From NCBI GenBank assembly GCA_002793855.1, contig PFET01000001.1, positions 19,520 through 83,519 on the forward strand: a DNA stretch of 64,000 nt. Direction: 5' to 3'. This DNA comes from Candidatus Uhrbacteria bacterium CG10_big_fil_rev_8_21_14_0_10_48_11. Lineage in GTDB: Bacteria > Patescibacteriota > Patescibacteriia > GWA2-46-9. Below, one piece after another: positions 1-9,669 of the stretch (within the stretch, counting starts at the first letter, position 1; each line of letters begins with the position of its first letter). The notes beneath the pieces were generated by a model that did no database searches, had not been told where the DNA came from, and saw nothing but the letters and a program-made list of their open reading frames with translations. The position numbers were made by a program, and so were the translations under genes.

Positions 1-1
1 C

Positions 2-589
2 ATTCAACAAGCTGGTAATTGTAATTGGCAAAGTCCAGTTCGTGAAGCGACAAACTTTACCCCAGGGCAAGCGTGTCCTGATGGCTCAGTGGACCCAATT
101 GGTGGAAGTCCAGATTCATGCATAGATAGTCGGACTGGTAACCAAGTGTGTTGCTGCACGGGCTTAAAAATAAGTAACGGTGGTGATGATTTACACTTTC
201 AACAAAATATTGAACGTCAGATGGAAGATGCAAAACCGGAACTTGCGGAACTCATCAATTGTATGCAAAAACTGGTACCCCTAACTATCAATAGTATTTC
301 AGATAGTAATATTGCAGCCGGCACGTGTCGACCGTGGGAATGCCGAGCCTATGGATCTTCAATAGGTTGTCAGCATACATGTTCATCAACAAGTATTTCC
401 GCTCACTACGGAGGCATTGAGCATACTGCACAATCAAAACATCAGCGCGGTTTCTCTTGTGCGGTAGATATCGACAATACCGTACCCTACGATCAATTAA
501 AAAATGCTGCCCTTTCCTGTGGCACTCGTTATATTCTAAACGAAGGGAATCACTATCACGTCAGCGTAGTTGGATGCGGTGCAAATTAA
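2..589 (+). CDS. 5'-truncated Cys-rich exported protein with a C-terminal peptidase M15/LAS-like zinc domain
   Basis: Frame is open from position 2; many Cys; S-A-H-Y-G-G...A-V-D-I and E-G-N-H-Y-H-V resemble the H..D..HxH zinc ligands of M15-type peptidases. Confidence 0.55.
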   Translation: MQQAGNCNWQSPVREATNFTPGQACPDGSVDPIGGSPDSCIDSRTGNQVCCCTGLKISNGGDDLHFQQNIERQMEDAKPELAELINCMQKLVPLTINSISDSNIAAGTCRPWECRAYGSSIGCQHTCSSTSISAHYGGIEHTAQSKHQRGFSCAVDIDNTVPYDQLKNAALSCGTRYILNEGNHYHVSVVGCGAN

Positions 590-594
590 ATAAG

Positions 595-1953
595 ATGGCT
601 CAACCTAAAAAGGTATTCCGTTGCAAAAAGTGTGACGCGCAGTACCCGCGCTGGGAAGGACGATGCAGAGAATGCGGTGCGTGGGATAATCTAGAGGAAT
701 CAATCAATGTAGCAAAAAAGCAACCAACCAACGCAAAAGGCGTCGTCGTTTCATTTCAATCGCTCGGTTCAACAACCAATAGTACTCCTAGGCTACAAAC
801 CGGCAGTCAAGAACTTGACCGAGTACTTGGTGGCGGCATAGTCACCGGTGCGTTACTTTTACTTGGCGGCAATCCTGGTATCGGGAAATCGACACTGCTT
901 CTACAGGTAGCCAGCTTAATGGCAAACAGTAATAAGACGCGACCAGTACTTTACGTTTCGGGGGAAGAATCAGGTGAACAGGTTCGCCTACGACTTGATA
1001 GGTTAAGGGCAAACCCCGACAACCTCCAATTTCTCGGCGAATCTATGTTGCCAACAATTATGCAGGCGGTTAACGAACAGAGGCCGCAGCTAGTCATTAT
1101 CGATTCGCTGCAGACGATACGCAGTGAAACCGGCGCGGCAGCGGGACGTCCCGGTGAGCTACGCGACGCAATGGAGGCACTGATGGAACTTGCCAAAACA
1201 ACAGCTACGCCAATCATCATCGTTGGCCACGTTACCAAGAGAGGTGACGTAGCGGGGCCAAAAGTGCTTGAACATCTGGTAGATGCCGTACTCTACTTTG
1301 AGGCATCGGAAGACAGTCAACATCGACTGCTCTATACAACCAAAAACCGTTTTGGAGGAAGCAACGAGGTTGGCGTTTGGAAAATGGAAGAGTCGGGTCT
1401 TACTGAAATCGCGAATCCAGCCGGTGTTTTCTTAAACACCCATAGACCAACGGCACCCGGAGCGACGGTACTGCCGGTACTAAAGGGTTCACGAGTATTC
1501 TTGGTTGAAGTACAGGCGCTCGTTACCAAAACGCGCTTTGCTCATCCGCAAAGACGAAGCACGGGTTTTGATCTTAATCGACTGCAACTTCTTATTGCCG
1601 TACTGTCTAAACATCTACACCTCCCCCTCGCCTACCACGATGTTCACCTCAATATTGTTGGCGGACTAAAAGTTACCGAACCTGCCGCAGATGTTGCCGT
1701 CGCACTTGCCATTGCTTCCGCCGCTAAAAATGTTGCGCTACCAAAAGACTTAGCCGCTTGTGGCGAGGTAGGTCTTCACGCAGAAGTAAGAGCTATACCA
1801 GAACTAATGCGAAGGGTAGAAACCGCAGCCCGCGTTGGTCTGCGGCAACTTATCGCGCCCGAACAATCAACTGCTGAGCAGCAAAAAAATAGCCTCACTG
1901 TATACAAAGCTGCCACGCTAGCTTCAGCAATCGAAATAGCCTTCCCCCATTAA
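595..1953 (+). CDS. radA: DNA repair protein RadA/Sms
   Basis: ATG at 595 (MAQPKKVFRCKKC..C..C zinc finger), Walker A GNPGIGKST, KNRFG motif, Lon-like C-terminus. Confidence 0.97.
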   Translation: MAQPKKVFRCKKCDAQYPRWEGRCRECGAWDNLEESINVAKKQPTNAKGVVVSFQSLGSTTNSTPRLQTGSQELDRVLGGGIVTGALLLLGGNPGIGKSTLLLQVASLMANSNKTRPVLYVSGEESGEQVRLRLDRLRANPDNLQFLGESMLPTIMQAVNEQRPQLVIIDSLQTIRSETGAAAGRPGELRDAMEALMELAKTTATPIIIVGHVTKRGDVAGPKVLEHLVDAVLYFEASEDSQHRLLYTTKNRFGGSNEVGVWKMEESGLTEIANPAGVFLNTHRPTAPGATVLPVLKGSRVFLVEVQALVTKTRFAHPQRRSTGFDLNRLQLLIAVLSKHLHLPLAYHDVHLNIVGGLKVTEPAADVAVALAIASAAKNVALPKDLAACGEVGLHAEVRAIPELMRRVETAARVGLRQLIAPEQSTAEQQKNSLTVYKAATLASAIEIAFPH

Positions 1954-1958
1954 TACTG

Positions 1959-4046
1959 CTAAGAAGGCAAAGCAATTACGCTCACGAGGTCTCGAACTCT
2001 AGCGCGCAGTATAGGATAGCGTGCTAATTTTTTATCTTTTTTAAATAAATAGTTCGCTGCTTCTTCAGCTTTTTCTCTTAGTGACTGGTCAGCCAAAACG
2101 ACCGCTGAAATGCCGTGACCGGATTGAGCGGTACCAAGCCACTCTCCCGGCCCGCGCTCAGCAAGATCGTACTCTGCTAGTGCAAAAGCGCTTGCGGTCT
2201 TAGCAAAGTAGCGCAATCGACCTAAAACTCGCTCATCCATTTTTTCGGTAAAAAGGAGGCAATAAGCTTCCGCACCAGAACGCCCAATGCGACCGCGCAA
2301 CTGGTGAAGCTGCGCGAGGCCAAAACGGTCTGCCCCTTCAATTAGCATGATGCTCGCCTGCTTCACGTCTACACCAACCTCAACTATAGACGTAGTAACG
2401 AGTATGCGAACGGCTCCCTTTCGAAAATCTTCAAGCGCTTTTACTTTTTCTTCGGCTTTCATTTTTCCATCAAGGTACCCAACCGTTACATCTGGGAAAA
2501 CTTCTGTTGCTAGTCGCTTATACTCAGCTTTTGCTGCACGTGCTTCCAGTTTACTTGAAGGATCAATAAGCGGACACACAACGTACGCCTGCTCGCCAGC
2601 TAACACGCGCTTTCTGAGTCGCCGTTCTACTTCGCTCCGCTCTTTTGGTCGCACGACAATAGTATGCACTTTTCTGTTGCCTCGCGGCATTTCTTGAAGC
2701 GTAGAAATAGCAAGATCACCATAGGCAACAAGCTGCAGGGTTCTAGGAATGGGTGTTGCTGTCATCGAAAGAAGATGCGGAATCATTGCTTTGCCTTTCT
2801 GCTGTGCCGAGAATCGCTGCAGGACACCAAACCGATGCTGCTCGTCTACCACAACAAGGGAGAGCTTTGAAAATTTAACCTTTGCATTAAAAAGCGACTG
2901 CGTTCCTACAATAACCTGAACCATACCACTGCCAAGTAGCTCTTCAACTTGTTTCTTGCTGACTATTTCACCATTGATAAACGATTGCTTGGCCGTCAGC
3001 AAAGCCACAATTATTTTTTTCTTTTGAAACCATCCGGAGAGGACCTCATACTGCTGGCGGGCAAGAATTTCCGTGGGCGCAAGGTATAAAACTTGACCAC
3101 CGCTGCTAACCACCATGAGAGCTGCTATAGCCGCAACGGCGGTTTTTCCACTACCTACCTCCCCTGCCAAAAGTCGTTGCATGGGATACTGCTTTGCCAC
3201 GTCAGATCGAATAGCCGCCACGGCAAGCTGTTGCTCGTTAGTTAACGAAAAGGGCAGTAGTTGCTCTAAGGTTTTTATCTCTTTGTCGTCAACAAGAATC
3301 TTTGGCGCACGGTACTCTCGCCGCTCACTTGCTCGGACGAATCCGGCGAGAAGACAGACCAGTAGGTCGTCAAACAATAGCCGCACGCGAGCACGTTCCG
3401 CCTCTGCTCTGCTTCTTGGCCGATGAATGGACTGCAAGGCGGCGCCGCATGAAGGTAGGGCGTACTTTACTAGCAAATCTGATGGCACGTCATCGCTGAC
3501 CTCTTCGCTAAGTGGTACGACACCCGCAATCCAACGCCGAAGCTGCCACTCGTGCAGACCTTTGGTGAGCGGATAAATGGGGAGCAAGTATTTTGTAAAA
3601 AAAGGCCTTTTCGCGGCTACCTCCCATAGCGGATTTACTAGCTGCCGTTTTCCGCGCGCCAAGGTAACCGTTCCGGCGATAATCACCGTTTCTGTTTTAG
3701 GTAATCGTGCTGCCGGATAGTAACTGAACCACACAACGGATAGAGCCCCCGTCGCGTCCTGAAAGAGCCCCTCGTTTACCACAAGCCCCCTGTTCGTCCT
3801 GCTCTTCCTTGTGGTCAGATTGGTAACTTTTCCTTCTAATGACACCGGCGACCCGAGAGGAGCGGCCCGGACGGTGACTGTTTTTGTATAATCCTCGTAA
3901 TCGGTAGGCAGGTGGTAAAGAAGATCTTGAATCCTTCTAATGCCCAACTTAGCGAGCAAACGGGCCGCAGCAGGACCAATGCCAGGAAGTTCAGTAACCG
4001 AACGCTCTAGCTCTACGGTCTTTTTACCGTTTGTTGATAGGTGCAT
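1959..4046 (-). CDS. recG: ATP-dependent DNA helicase RecG
   Basis: GEVGSGKT, DEQHRFG, MTATPIPRT and QLHQLRGRIGR motifs; N-terminal wedge/OB domain. Confidence 0.97.
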   Translation of the reverse strand: MHLSTNGKKTVELERSVTELPGIGPAAARLLAKLGIRRIQDLLYHLPTDYEDYTKTVTVRAAPLGSPVSLEGKVTNLTTRKSRTNRGLVVNEGLFQDATGALSVVWFSYYPAARLPKTETVIIAGTVTLARGKRQLVNPLWEVAAKRPFFTKYLLPIYPLTKGLHEWQLRRWIAGVVPLSEEVSDDVPSDLLVKYALPSCGAALQSIHRPRSRAEAERARVRLLFDDLLVCLLAGFVRASERREYRAPKILVDDKEIKTLEQLLPFSLTNEQQLAVAAIRSDVAKQYPMQRLLAGEVGSGKTAVAAIAALMVVSSGGQVLYLAPTEILARQQYEVLSGWFQKKKIIVALLTAKQSFINGEIVSKKQVEELLGSGMVQVIVGTQSLFNAKVKFSKLSLVVVDEQHRFGVLQRFSAQQKGKAMIPHLLSMTATPIPRTLQLVAYGDLAISTLQEMPRGNRKVHTIVVRPKERSEVERRLRKRVLAGEQAYVVCPLIDPSSKLEARAAKAEYKRLATEVFPDVTVGYLDGKMKAEEKVKALEDFRKGAVRILVTTSIVEVGVDVKQASIMLIEGADRFGLAQLHQLRGRIGRSGAEAYCLLFTEKMDERVLGRLRYFAKTASAFALAEYDLAERGPGEWLGTAQSGHGISAVVLADQSLREKAEEAANYLFKKDKKLARYPILRARVRDLVSVIALPS

Positions 4047-4072
4047 GGTAAGCGGTGATGTATCTTTTTCTC

Positions 4073-4149
4073 TGGTGTCCCCAGGAGGAATCGAACCTCC
4101 AACCTCCAGCTCCGCAAGCTGACGCTCTATCCAGTTGAGCTATGGGGAC
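4073..4149 (-). tRNA. tRNA-Arg(GCG)
   Basis: GTCCCCATAGCTCAACTGGATAGAGCG...TCAGC TTGCGGA GCTGG...GGTTCGATTCC...GGGGACACCA; CCA encoded. Confidence 0.95.
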
Positions 4150-4265
4150 AGACAGAGAAAAAAATGCATCGCCTTTACCCTGCCGCGACATATACAGTAC
4201 AAGGAAATCTATCTGAAAAAGAAAAAAAGCGCAATCCTGCGCTTGCCGCACGCACTGCCGGCTAC

Positions 4266-4772
4266 TTACAGCCGCAGCAATCGAGAAAGGGCATCGCTGA
4301 TTGGTTCGCTTTCTCGGCTCAAGTCTTCTTCTAAATACTTCAGCAACAAATCGCGGACATCAAACGGATCTGCCTCGCCAAGAGGTATCGGCAACCGCGG
4401 TTTCCAATCACTCTGAAAATCGAAGTACAACGTTTTCGTGTGCGGTGGTTCGAAAATAATCCAGAAGCTCTTCATTTGACTATAGGAGTAGAGCTTCTCT
4501 CCAACTTTAATGCCGTCTCCTCTCAGTGAAATCGCAAGCCGAGGTGCTGTCTCAAGATGGCGTGCTACGACAATGACTGCAGTAAGTAGCACCAGTATTG
4601 CCCCCAGAAAATTACCATACCAAACCGCAAGACCGAGCAACAAAATAGCAACAATGCTTGCCACAATGTACCACTGCCGGTCTCGTGCATACTCGGGGTA
4701 CTCTGAAATCACCCAAGTATAGTATGCCGGTACTTCTACGTCTTCGATGTCTTCCTTTTCGTTTATAGCCAT
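4266..4772 (-). CDS. Hypothetical membrane protein (2 TM plus soluble C-terminal domain)
   Basis: 168-aa ORF with two hydrophobic helices. Confidence 0.75.
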   Translation of the reverse strand: MAINEKEDIEDVEVPAYYTWVISEYPEYARDRQWYIVASIVAILLLGLAVWYGNFLGAILVLLTAVIVVARHLETAPRLAISLRGDGIKVGEKLYSYSQMKSFWIIFEPPHTKTLYFDFQSDWKPRLPIPLGEADPFDVRDLLLKYLEEDLSRESEPISDALSRLLRL

Positions 4773-4819
4773 AGCTTATATATTATACGATACTCTAGGG
4801 TAAACTACAACGAGCATCG

Positions 4820-4848
4820 TTGACGTATTTATCACTAATCGGTACACT
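4820..4848 (+). promoter_or_regulatory. sigma70-type promoter for the tRNA-Ser pair
   Basis: TTGACG-17 bp-TACACT upstream of the tRNA at 4886. Confidence 0.6.
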
Positions 4849-4885
4849 TGCAGCCACTGGTTTACGTTCTATCGTTTGTAATTCG

Positions 4886-4979
4886 GGAAGGGTGGCTGAG
4901 TGGTCTAAGGCGACGGTTTGCTAAACCGTTGTATGGTGTTTACGCCGTACCGAGGGTTCGAATCCCTCCCCTTCCGCCA
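4886..4979 (+). tRNA. tRNA-Ser(GCT)
   Basis: GGAAGGGTGGCTGAGTGG...ACGGT TTGCTAA ACCGT, long variable arm, GGTTCGAATCC, ends GCCA. Confidence 0.96.
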
Positions 4980-5054
4980 GAAAAAAGTATCCTGAAGTAC
5001 TTCTAAAAACAGCATAAAAAAGCACGCCGCACAGAAAGCGCTACAATTTTTTAT

Positions 5055-5343
5055 GGTGGGGTGGCCGAGTGGTCGATGGCGACAGTCTAGTCCGCCTTCA
5101 CTTACAAAATGCACCAGAGCGGAGGGGTGGCCGAGTGGTCGATGGCGACAGTCTTGAAAACTGTTAGACCCGAAAAGGTCTCGTGGGTTCGAATCCCACC
5201 CCCTCCGCCCTGGTGCGTTCTCATTACGGACGATCCGCAGAAGTTTGACCAAAGAAAAACGGAGGCGGAAAAACGGTTAGCCCCAAAAGGTCTCATGGGT
5301 GCGGGCTTGTGGTGAGTCCTACGAACTAATCCCACCCTCTCCG
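5055..5343 (+). pseudogene. Degenerate split tRNA-Ser(TGA) copy enclosing the intact tRNA-Ser(TGA)
   Basis: 5055-5088 matches the first 34 nt of the intact tRNA with 1 mismatch; 5268-5300 and 5328-5343 match its 3' half. Confidence 0.8.
5121..5207 (+). tRNA. tRNA-Ser(TGA)
   Basis: GGAGGGGTGGCCGAGTGG...ACAGT CTTGAAA ACTGT...GGTTCGAATCCC...CCCTCCG; followed by CCC, so CCA is not encoded. Confidence 0.93.
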
Positions 5344-5430
5344 AAGAAAAAATTGCTGCCCTATAACCAGCATTTTTTCTTATGGTAACATTGATAAACT
5401 ACCTTTTAATAAATATAGAGATTTGAAGAT

Positions 5431-5767
5431 ATGTCCCACGTTTTTCATCATTTGGAAAAGAGAAAACTTGCAACAAAAAAAGCTAGAACCCTATCCTCGT
5501 CATAATCAAGTATATAGATTTGTTGATCGTTTTATCTATGTTGCTGGCATGCTAGGCCCTATTATGACTATTCCTCAAGTAGCAGCCATCTGGATATCAA
5601 AACAGGCAGCGGGCGTGTCAGCACTTTCTTAGGCAACCTACGGCATTATATCAATCTTTTGGTTACTATATGGCATTTTGCATAAAGAAAAACCAATCAC
5701 TATTATTTACAGCATTTAGATTGCTCTCTATCTCATCATTGTGGTAGGTGTGCTGCGTTATGGTTAA
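5431..5767 (+). pseudogene. PQ-loop/SemiSWEET-like small transporter pseudogene
   Basis: GPIMTIPQV...AAGVSALS*ATY..FWLLYGILHKEKPI..SI*; N-terminal frameshift and two TAG at probable Trp positions. Confidence 0.7.
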
Positions 5768-5782
5768 ATAGTTACCTCCTTA

Positions 5783-6499
5783 TTACCGCTGCTGCGAATC
5801 ACTTCTTGCAATCACAACCGCCCAAACGCTTAAAGCTCCAGCTTCAAATAGAACTCGTCCTGCTTCTTTTGGCGTAGAACCTGTAGTAACAATGTCATCA
5901 ACCAAAACACAATGTCTTCCTTGCACTTCTGCCGGGCGGCTACAGACAAACGCATTTCGTACATTATGAGCACGCTCTGCGGTGCGTAATCCGTATTGAG
6001 GAGCGGTATGCCGATCGCGCCGGAGTGCCGAACAGAGCGAAACACTATATTGCGCGCCAAGCTTCTTTGTCAGAGCTTCAGCTTGATTAAATCACCGCTT
6101 ACGAAAGCGACACCGGCTTAGCGGTATAGGAACCAGTACCGAACTTTCTTTTGCAAAAAATATTGGCAGCTCGGTGTTAGCGAAGCATTTCCCAAGGTAT
6201 TGACCCAGCTCCTCGGCTGGTCCGTACTTCCATGTGCGAATGAGATTACGCCATAACCATTCATCGTAAGTTGCTCTAACGAACAGGCCATTAAGCCGAC
6301 GCGGCTTTTGGCATTGATCGCAGGTTTTGCCGTAGGCACTTGGCAATAGGCAGTAGGCACAGCGTTGGATAGGTTCTACTGGTCGCTTTGAAGAGCATAA
6401 TGGGCATACCCATTCACCCTCGATACCGCAACCGATACAGAACACAGGAAAGAGCACTCTCGTTAATTCTTCAACCGCGCGTGACAGCAACGTACGCAC
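5783..6499 (-). pseudogene. comF: ComF family competence protein with one in-frame TGA
   Basis: Double zinc ribbon, LVPIPL, KR*FNQ (RGFNQ motif, TGA at 6092-6094), LVDDIVTTGST PRTase motif in the same frame. Confidence 0.9.
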
Positions 6500-6510
6500 G
6501 GAACGTTACG

Positions 6511-7104
6511 CTACTTGGTTTCGTCGAAAAAACCGTCCACCAACCAGTTGTCACCCTGGCGAACCAGATCAACCCTTACGGTAGCATTCTCTACTTTTGC
6601 TGCATCACTACCAACAACGATGGTACGCTGAATACTTAACCGAACCGTTGCCTTGTTATCCCCTTCTTGCACAAGATGCGCACTGAGAACACGAGTGATT
6701 TCTGACGCAAAACCGTCTTTATACGTAGTGCGTAGTTGTGGTAAATAAGTACCCGTTGCCCATGACGAAAAACTATCTGTAAGTAGAGGTGCTAGTTCTA
6801 CAATTCCGGCGAAACCTTCATCGGTAGAGAACGTCCCAAATCGTTCTGTAAACAGACGCGCTAACCGCGTTGCGCTTGTTTCTGCGGTAACCGTAACTGG
6901 CGCCACAGGCGTTACTGTCCCGTCCGCTGCGTCACCCTGCTGGTTACTGTTGGTGTTTCCGATATTGGCAGCTGGTTTACTGCCACCAGATTGACCGCCA
7001 TACCACCACAACCCACCACCAACTGCTGCTATCAGCACAACTACAAGAACGGTGATAGCGATAATTTTTTTTCTATCCATAAAAATCGCGTTAATTAACA
7101 TCAT
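6511..7104 (-). CDS. Single-TM membrane protein, possibly VirB8/NTF2-like
   Basis: N-terminal TM, low-complexity linker, C-terminal alpha/beta domain ending VDLVRQGDNWLVD; directly downstream of virB4; fold is inferred. Confidence 0.55.
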   Translation of the reverse strand: MMLINAIFMDRKKIIAITVLVVVLIAAVGGGLWWYGGQSGGSKPAANIGNTNSNQQGDAADGTVTPVAPVTVTAETSATRLARLFTERFGTFSTDEGFAGIVELAPLLTDSFSSWATGTYLPQLRTTYKDGFASEITRVLSAHLVQEGDNKATVRLSIQRTIVVGSDAAKVENATVRVDLVRQGDNWLVDGFFDETK

Positions 7105-8965
7105 CTAAACCTTGCACCGCCGCCGTATCATCGCCACCGACTTGCTCCTTTGCCGCTTCCATTTCAAGTAGCTGACGCGGATCGGTGGTTATTAGTTGAT
7201 CTTCGGTGTAGGAAGCCACCACCTTAATGGCAGCGTGCTTTGGACCGGCAAAGAAAATACCCTCGCCAACGCTTCCCTCGAGTAGCAGGTACTTCTCACC
7301 TTCGGTCAAAAGGAAAGTTTTTTGGATAAGGTCGATAGCGGCCGGTGATTGCTTTAAGAGAAGTTGCATTGCCGAGTTGTTGACGACCGCTTGACCGTAA
7401 GGTGAGCCAAGAAAGTCGTTAACGTCCTGAGAAATAGTAGTAAGTCCGAGATAGTACTTCCGTGCACGTTTAGCAAGCGCAAAAATGAACTTAGCGCTGT
7501 CTTCGTGCTGCATCATAATCCATGCCTCCTCAATAATGAGGATGCGCTTCTTGCGTTCGCTTCTGACCAAATTCCAAATATTATTGATGATGGTGTACAT
7601 GGCAATCGGCCGGAGTTCATCCTCAAGATCGCGAATTGAAAACACGACCAACTGGCTGTCAGTAATGACGTTGGTTGGGCTATTGAGAAGTCCGGCAAAC
7701 GTACCGCGGGTGTATTTCTGTAGTCGTGCAACCAAATCTTTTGTCCCCTGCATACCCTCAAGCACATCCTCGAGATCAGCTAACACCGGCGGCTCGACGT
7801 TTATTAAGTCAGCGTCTGCGGTGATATCTTTCTTGGCGTACGTTTCAAGTAATGCCCGGTCAAGCAGAGAGTCTTCTTCGCTAGTAAGCCGCCCAAGCAT
7901 AATGCGCAGTAACCCTTTTAAGGTAATAACGGCGCTTCTAATAATGTCCCCCGTTTGCACATCTTCACCGATGCCTTTGGGTAAATCAAAAGGATTAACT
8001 TTGCTTTCGCTCGAAAGCGATATGTTGAGGTACGTACCGCCAACGGCTTCTGAGAGGTGCTCGTATTCTTTCTCGGGGTCAATGACGATAATGTCCACGC
8101 CCATCATAAGGGACCGCAAGACCTCGAGCTTTACGGTATAGCTCTTACCAGCACCAGAAGTGGCGAACACCACCGTGTTGGCATTCTGTAGTGAAAACCG
8201 ATCGAAGAGAATCAAGCTATTATTGTGCCGGTTGATGCCGTACAAAATACCATTGTCGCTCGTCAGCTCTGAGGATACAAAAGGAAAAGCGGACGAGATG
8301 GGTGACGAATTCATGTTAAACGTAATCTGTAGCTCATCTACGCCGAGCGGCACGGTAGAAATGAAACCCTGCTCCGCCTGGTAGAGTACCTTGCGCGCAT
8401 AGACCAGTTTGGTTCCCAGCAGCTGAATGATGTCATCCGTTGCGGTATTGAGATGCTCTAGCGAATCTGCGTAGATGGTAATGTAAAGCCCGAACTGGAA
8501 AAACTTTTCCACTCCCTGTGTCAAATCGTCACGTAATCGCTCAATGTCATGAAGCGCCGTTTCTTTAATCGGATCGCGTGGTGCTCCCTTCTCGTGGTCG
8601 GCAACAATCTCTGCCTCAAGCGCACCAACCTTATTTTTTAGCTGCTTTAAAATAACCGCCGCGTCTACTGGGTAGACGTAGAGCGAGAGGTCAATGGTGC
8701 CGCTAATGTTAATAAGGGGCGCAAACCAACCGACAGAAATATAACGAGGATAATCGGTAACAAAGATAGTTCTAACAAATTGGTCGTTCAGTTTTATATA
8801 CGAGGCCTCAATTTCAAGAGCCGACGGCGCGACAAGATCACGCAACTTAATGGTACCGGCTCGATACGCTTCAGCGGCGGCAAGTACTTCCTTCCCCTCT
8901 TTAGGGCTTAATGCTTTTTCCTCGACCGTTTTGGGTTGCTTCTTTTTTTTGTTAAAGCCAATCAT
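7091..8965 (-). CDS. virB4: VirB4/TraC-like type IV secretion ATPase
   Basis: Walker A ATSGAGKS, IDPEKEY, IIEEAW Walker B, KRARKY, ISQDVNDF. Confidence 0.9.
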   Translation of the reverse strand: MIGFNKKKKQPKTVEEKALSPKEGKEVLAAAEAYRAGTIKLRDLVAPSALEIEASYIKLNDQFVRTIFVTDYPRYISVGWFAPLINISGTIDLSLYVYPVDAAVILKQLKNKVGALEAEIVADHEKGAPRDPIKETALHDIERLRDDLTQGVEKFFQFGLYITIYADSLEHLNTATDDIIQLLGTKLVYARKVLYQAEQGFISTVPLGVDELQITFNMNSSPISSAFPFVSSELTSDNGILYGINRHNNSLILFDRFSLQNANTVVFATSGAGKSYTVKLEVLRSLMMGVDIIVIDPEKEYEHLSEAVGGTYLNISLSSESKVNPFDLPKGIGEDVQTGDIIRSAVITLKGLLRIMLGRLTSEEDSLLDRALLETYAKKDITADADLINVEPPVLADLEDVLEGMQGTKDLVARLQKYTRGTFAGLLNSPTNVITDSQLVVFSIRDLEDELRPIAMYTIINNIWNLVRSERKKRILIIEEAWIMMQHEDSAKFIFALAKRARKYYLGLTTISQDVNDFLGSPYGQAVVNNSAMQLLLKQSPAAIDLIQKTFLLTEGEKYLLLEGSVGEGIFFAGPKHAAIKVVASYTEDQLITTDPRQLLEMEAAKEQVGGDDTAAVQGLDDVN

Positions 8966-9660
8966 TGCATTGATGAAGTTATGCCGGCACTGTCAATTTG
9001 CAGCAGTTTAAGGTCGACTAGCGGCGCCAGTTTTGCCAGCTCGGGGTTATAGGTTGCGTAGTACAGTTCAACCAAAGACTGCGTGTCCAAAAGTGCGATT
9101 TCCAGACTGAGCGAATTAAGACCGCTCGCGACATGATCGGCGCGCTGCATCAGTTCATGACGATTTCGACGAAAACGATCTTGGCTCAGGTGAATGAGCG
9201 CGTCAGGATGAAGCACTTCGCGCATGCGTTGGAAAAAAGTTTTCTTCCTATCCGCGCCCGGGTTGTAAGGTACAACGACATAGAATCGTTTGTTCATAAT
9301 TTCACCCAGCTCAACCAGTTCACGAATGAACTGCCGGTACTGCGTCGTTTGAATACGCAATAGCTCATTGGTCTGCTGCTTCTCAATATCTGCCAAGTGA
9401 TCAAGATAGCCGGCTATATTCAGTCGACGAGACTGCACCACAATCTGTAGAGGAAAATCAATAGAGTTCAAAAAACTCATGTAGCCCTGAATAATTGCTT
9501 GCTGCTCGTCATCAGATTTTAGGGCAAAGTTGATAGACGAAACCAGCATGACGGCTCGCAGAGTCCCATCTTTCAACACAGCAACATCCTCTCGGATTTC
9601 TGAAATTTCCAAGAGGTGCTGGGTACTTATGGTTGTTTTGTTCGCTTTTCTTTTTGCCAC
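8962..9660 (-). CDS. VirB4-associated T4SS accessory protein
   Basis: SSINFALKS..EQ..II..Y..FLNS motif; ATGA overlap with virB4. Confidence 0.7.
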   Translation of the reverse strand: MAKRKANKTTISTQHLLEISEIREDVAVLKDGTLRAVMLVSSINFALKSDDEQQAIIQGYMSFLNSIDFPLQIVVQSRRLNIAGYLDHLADIEKQQTNELLRIQTTQYRQFIRELVELGEIMNKRFYVVVPYNPGADRKKTFFQRMREVLHPDALIHLSQDRFRRNRHELMQRADHVASGLNSLSLEIALLDTQSLVELYYATYNPELAKLAPLVDLKLLQIDSAGITSSMQ

Positions 9661-9669
9661 AAAAGCCCG

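Noticed and set aside
457-594. N-terminal extension of the RadA ORF
   Set aside because: It overlaps the upstream gene; ATG at 595 gives the canonical zinc-finger start
5630-5720. Two in-frame TAG codons, suggesting amber readthrough
   Set aside because: The gene is also frameshifted, and TAG ends many intact genes (recG, leuS, uvrA)
6092-6094. TGA at a conserved Gly, suggesting genetic code 25
   Set aside because: TGA serves as a real stop (ATGA overlap at 8962-8965, stop at 16015), very long ORFs lack in-frame TGA, and another in-frame TGA falls at a likely Trp position
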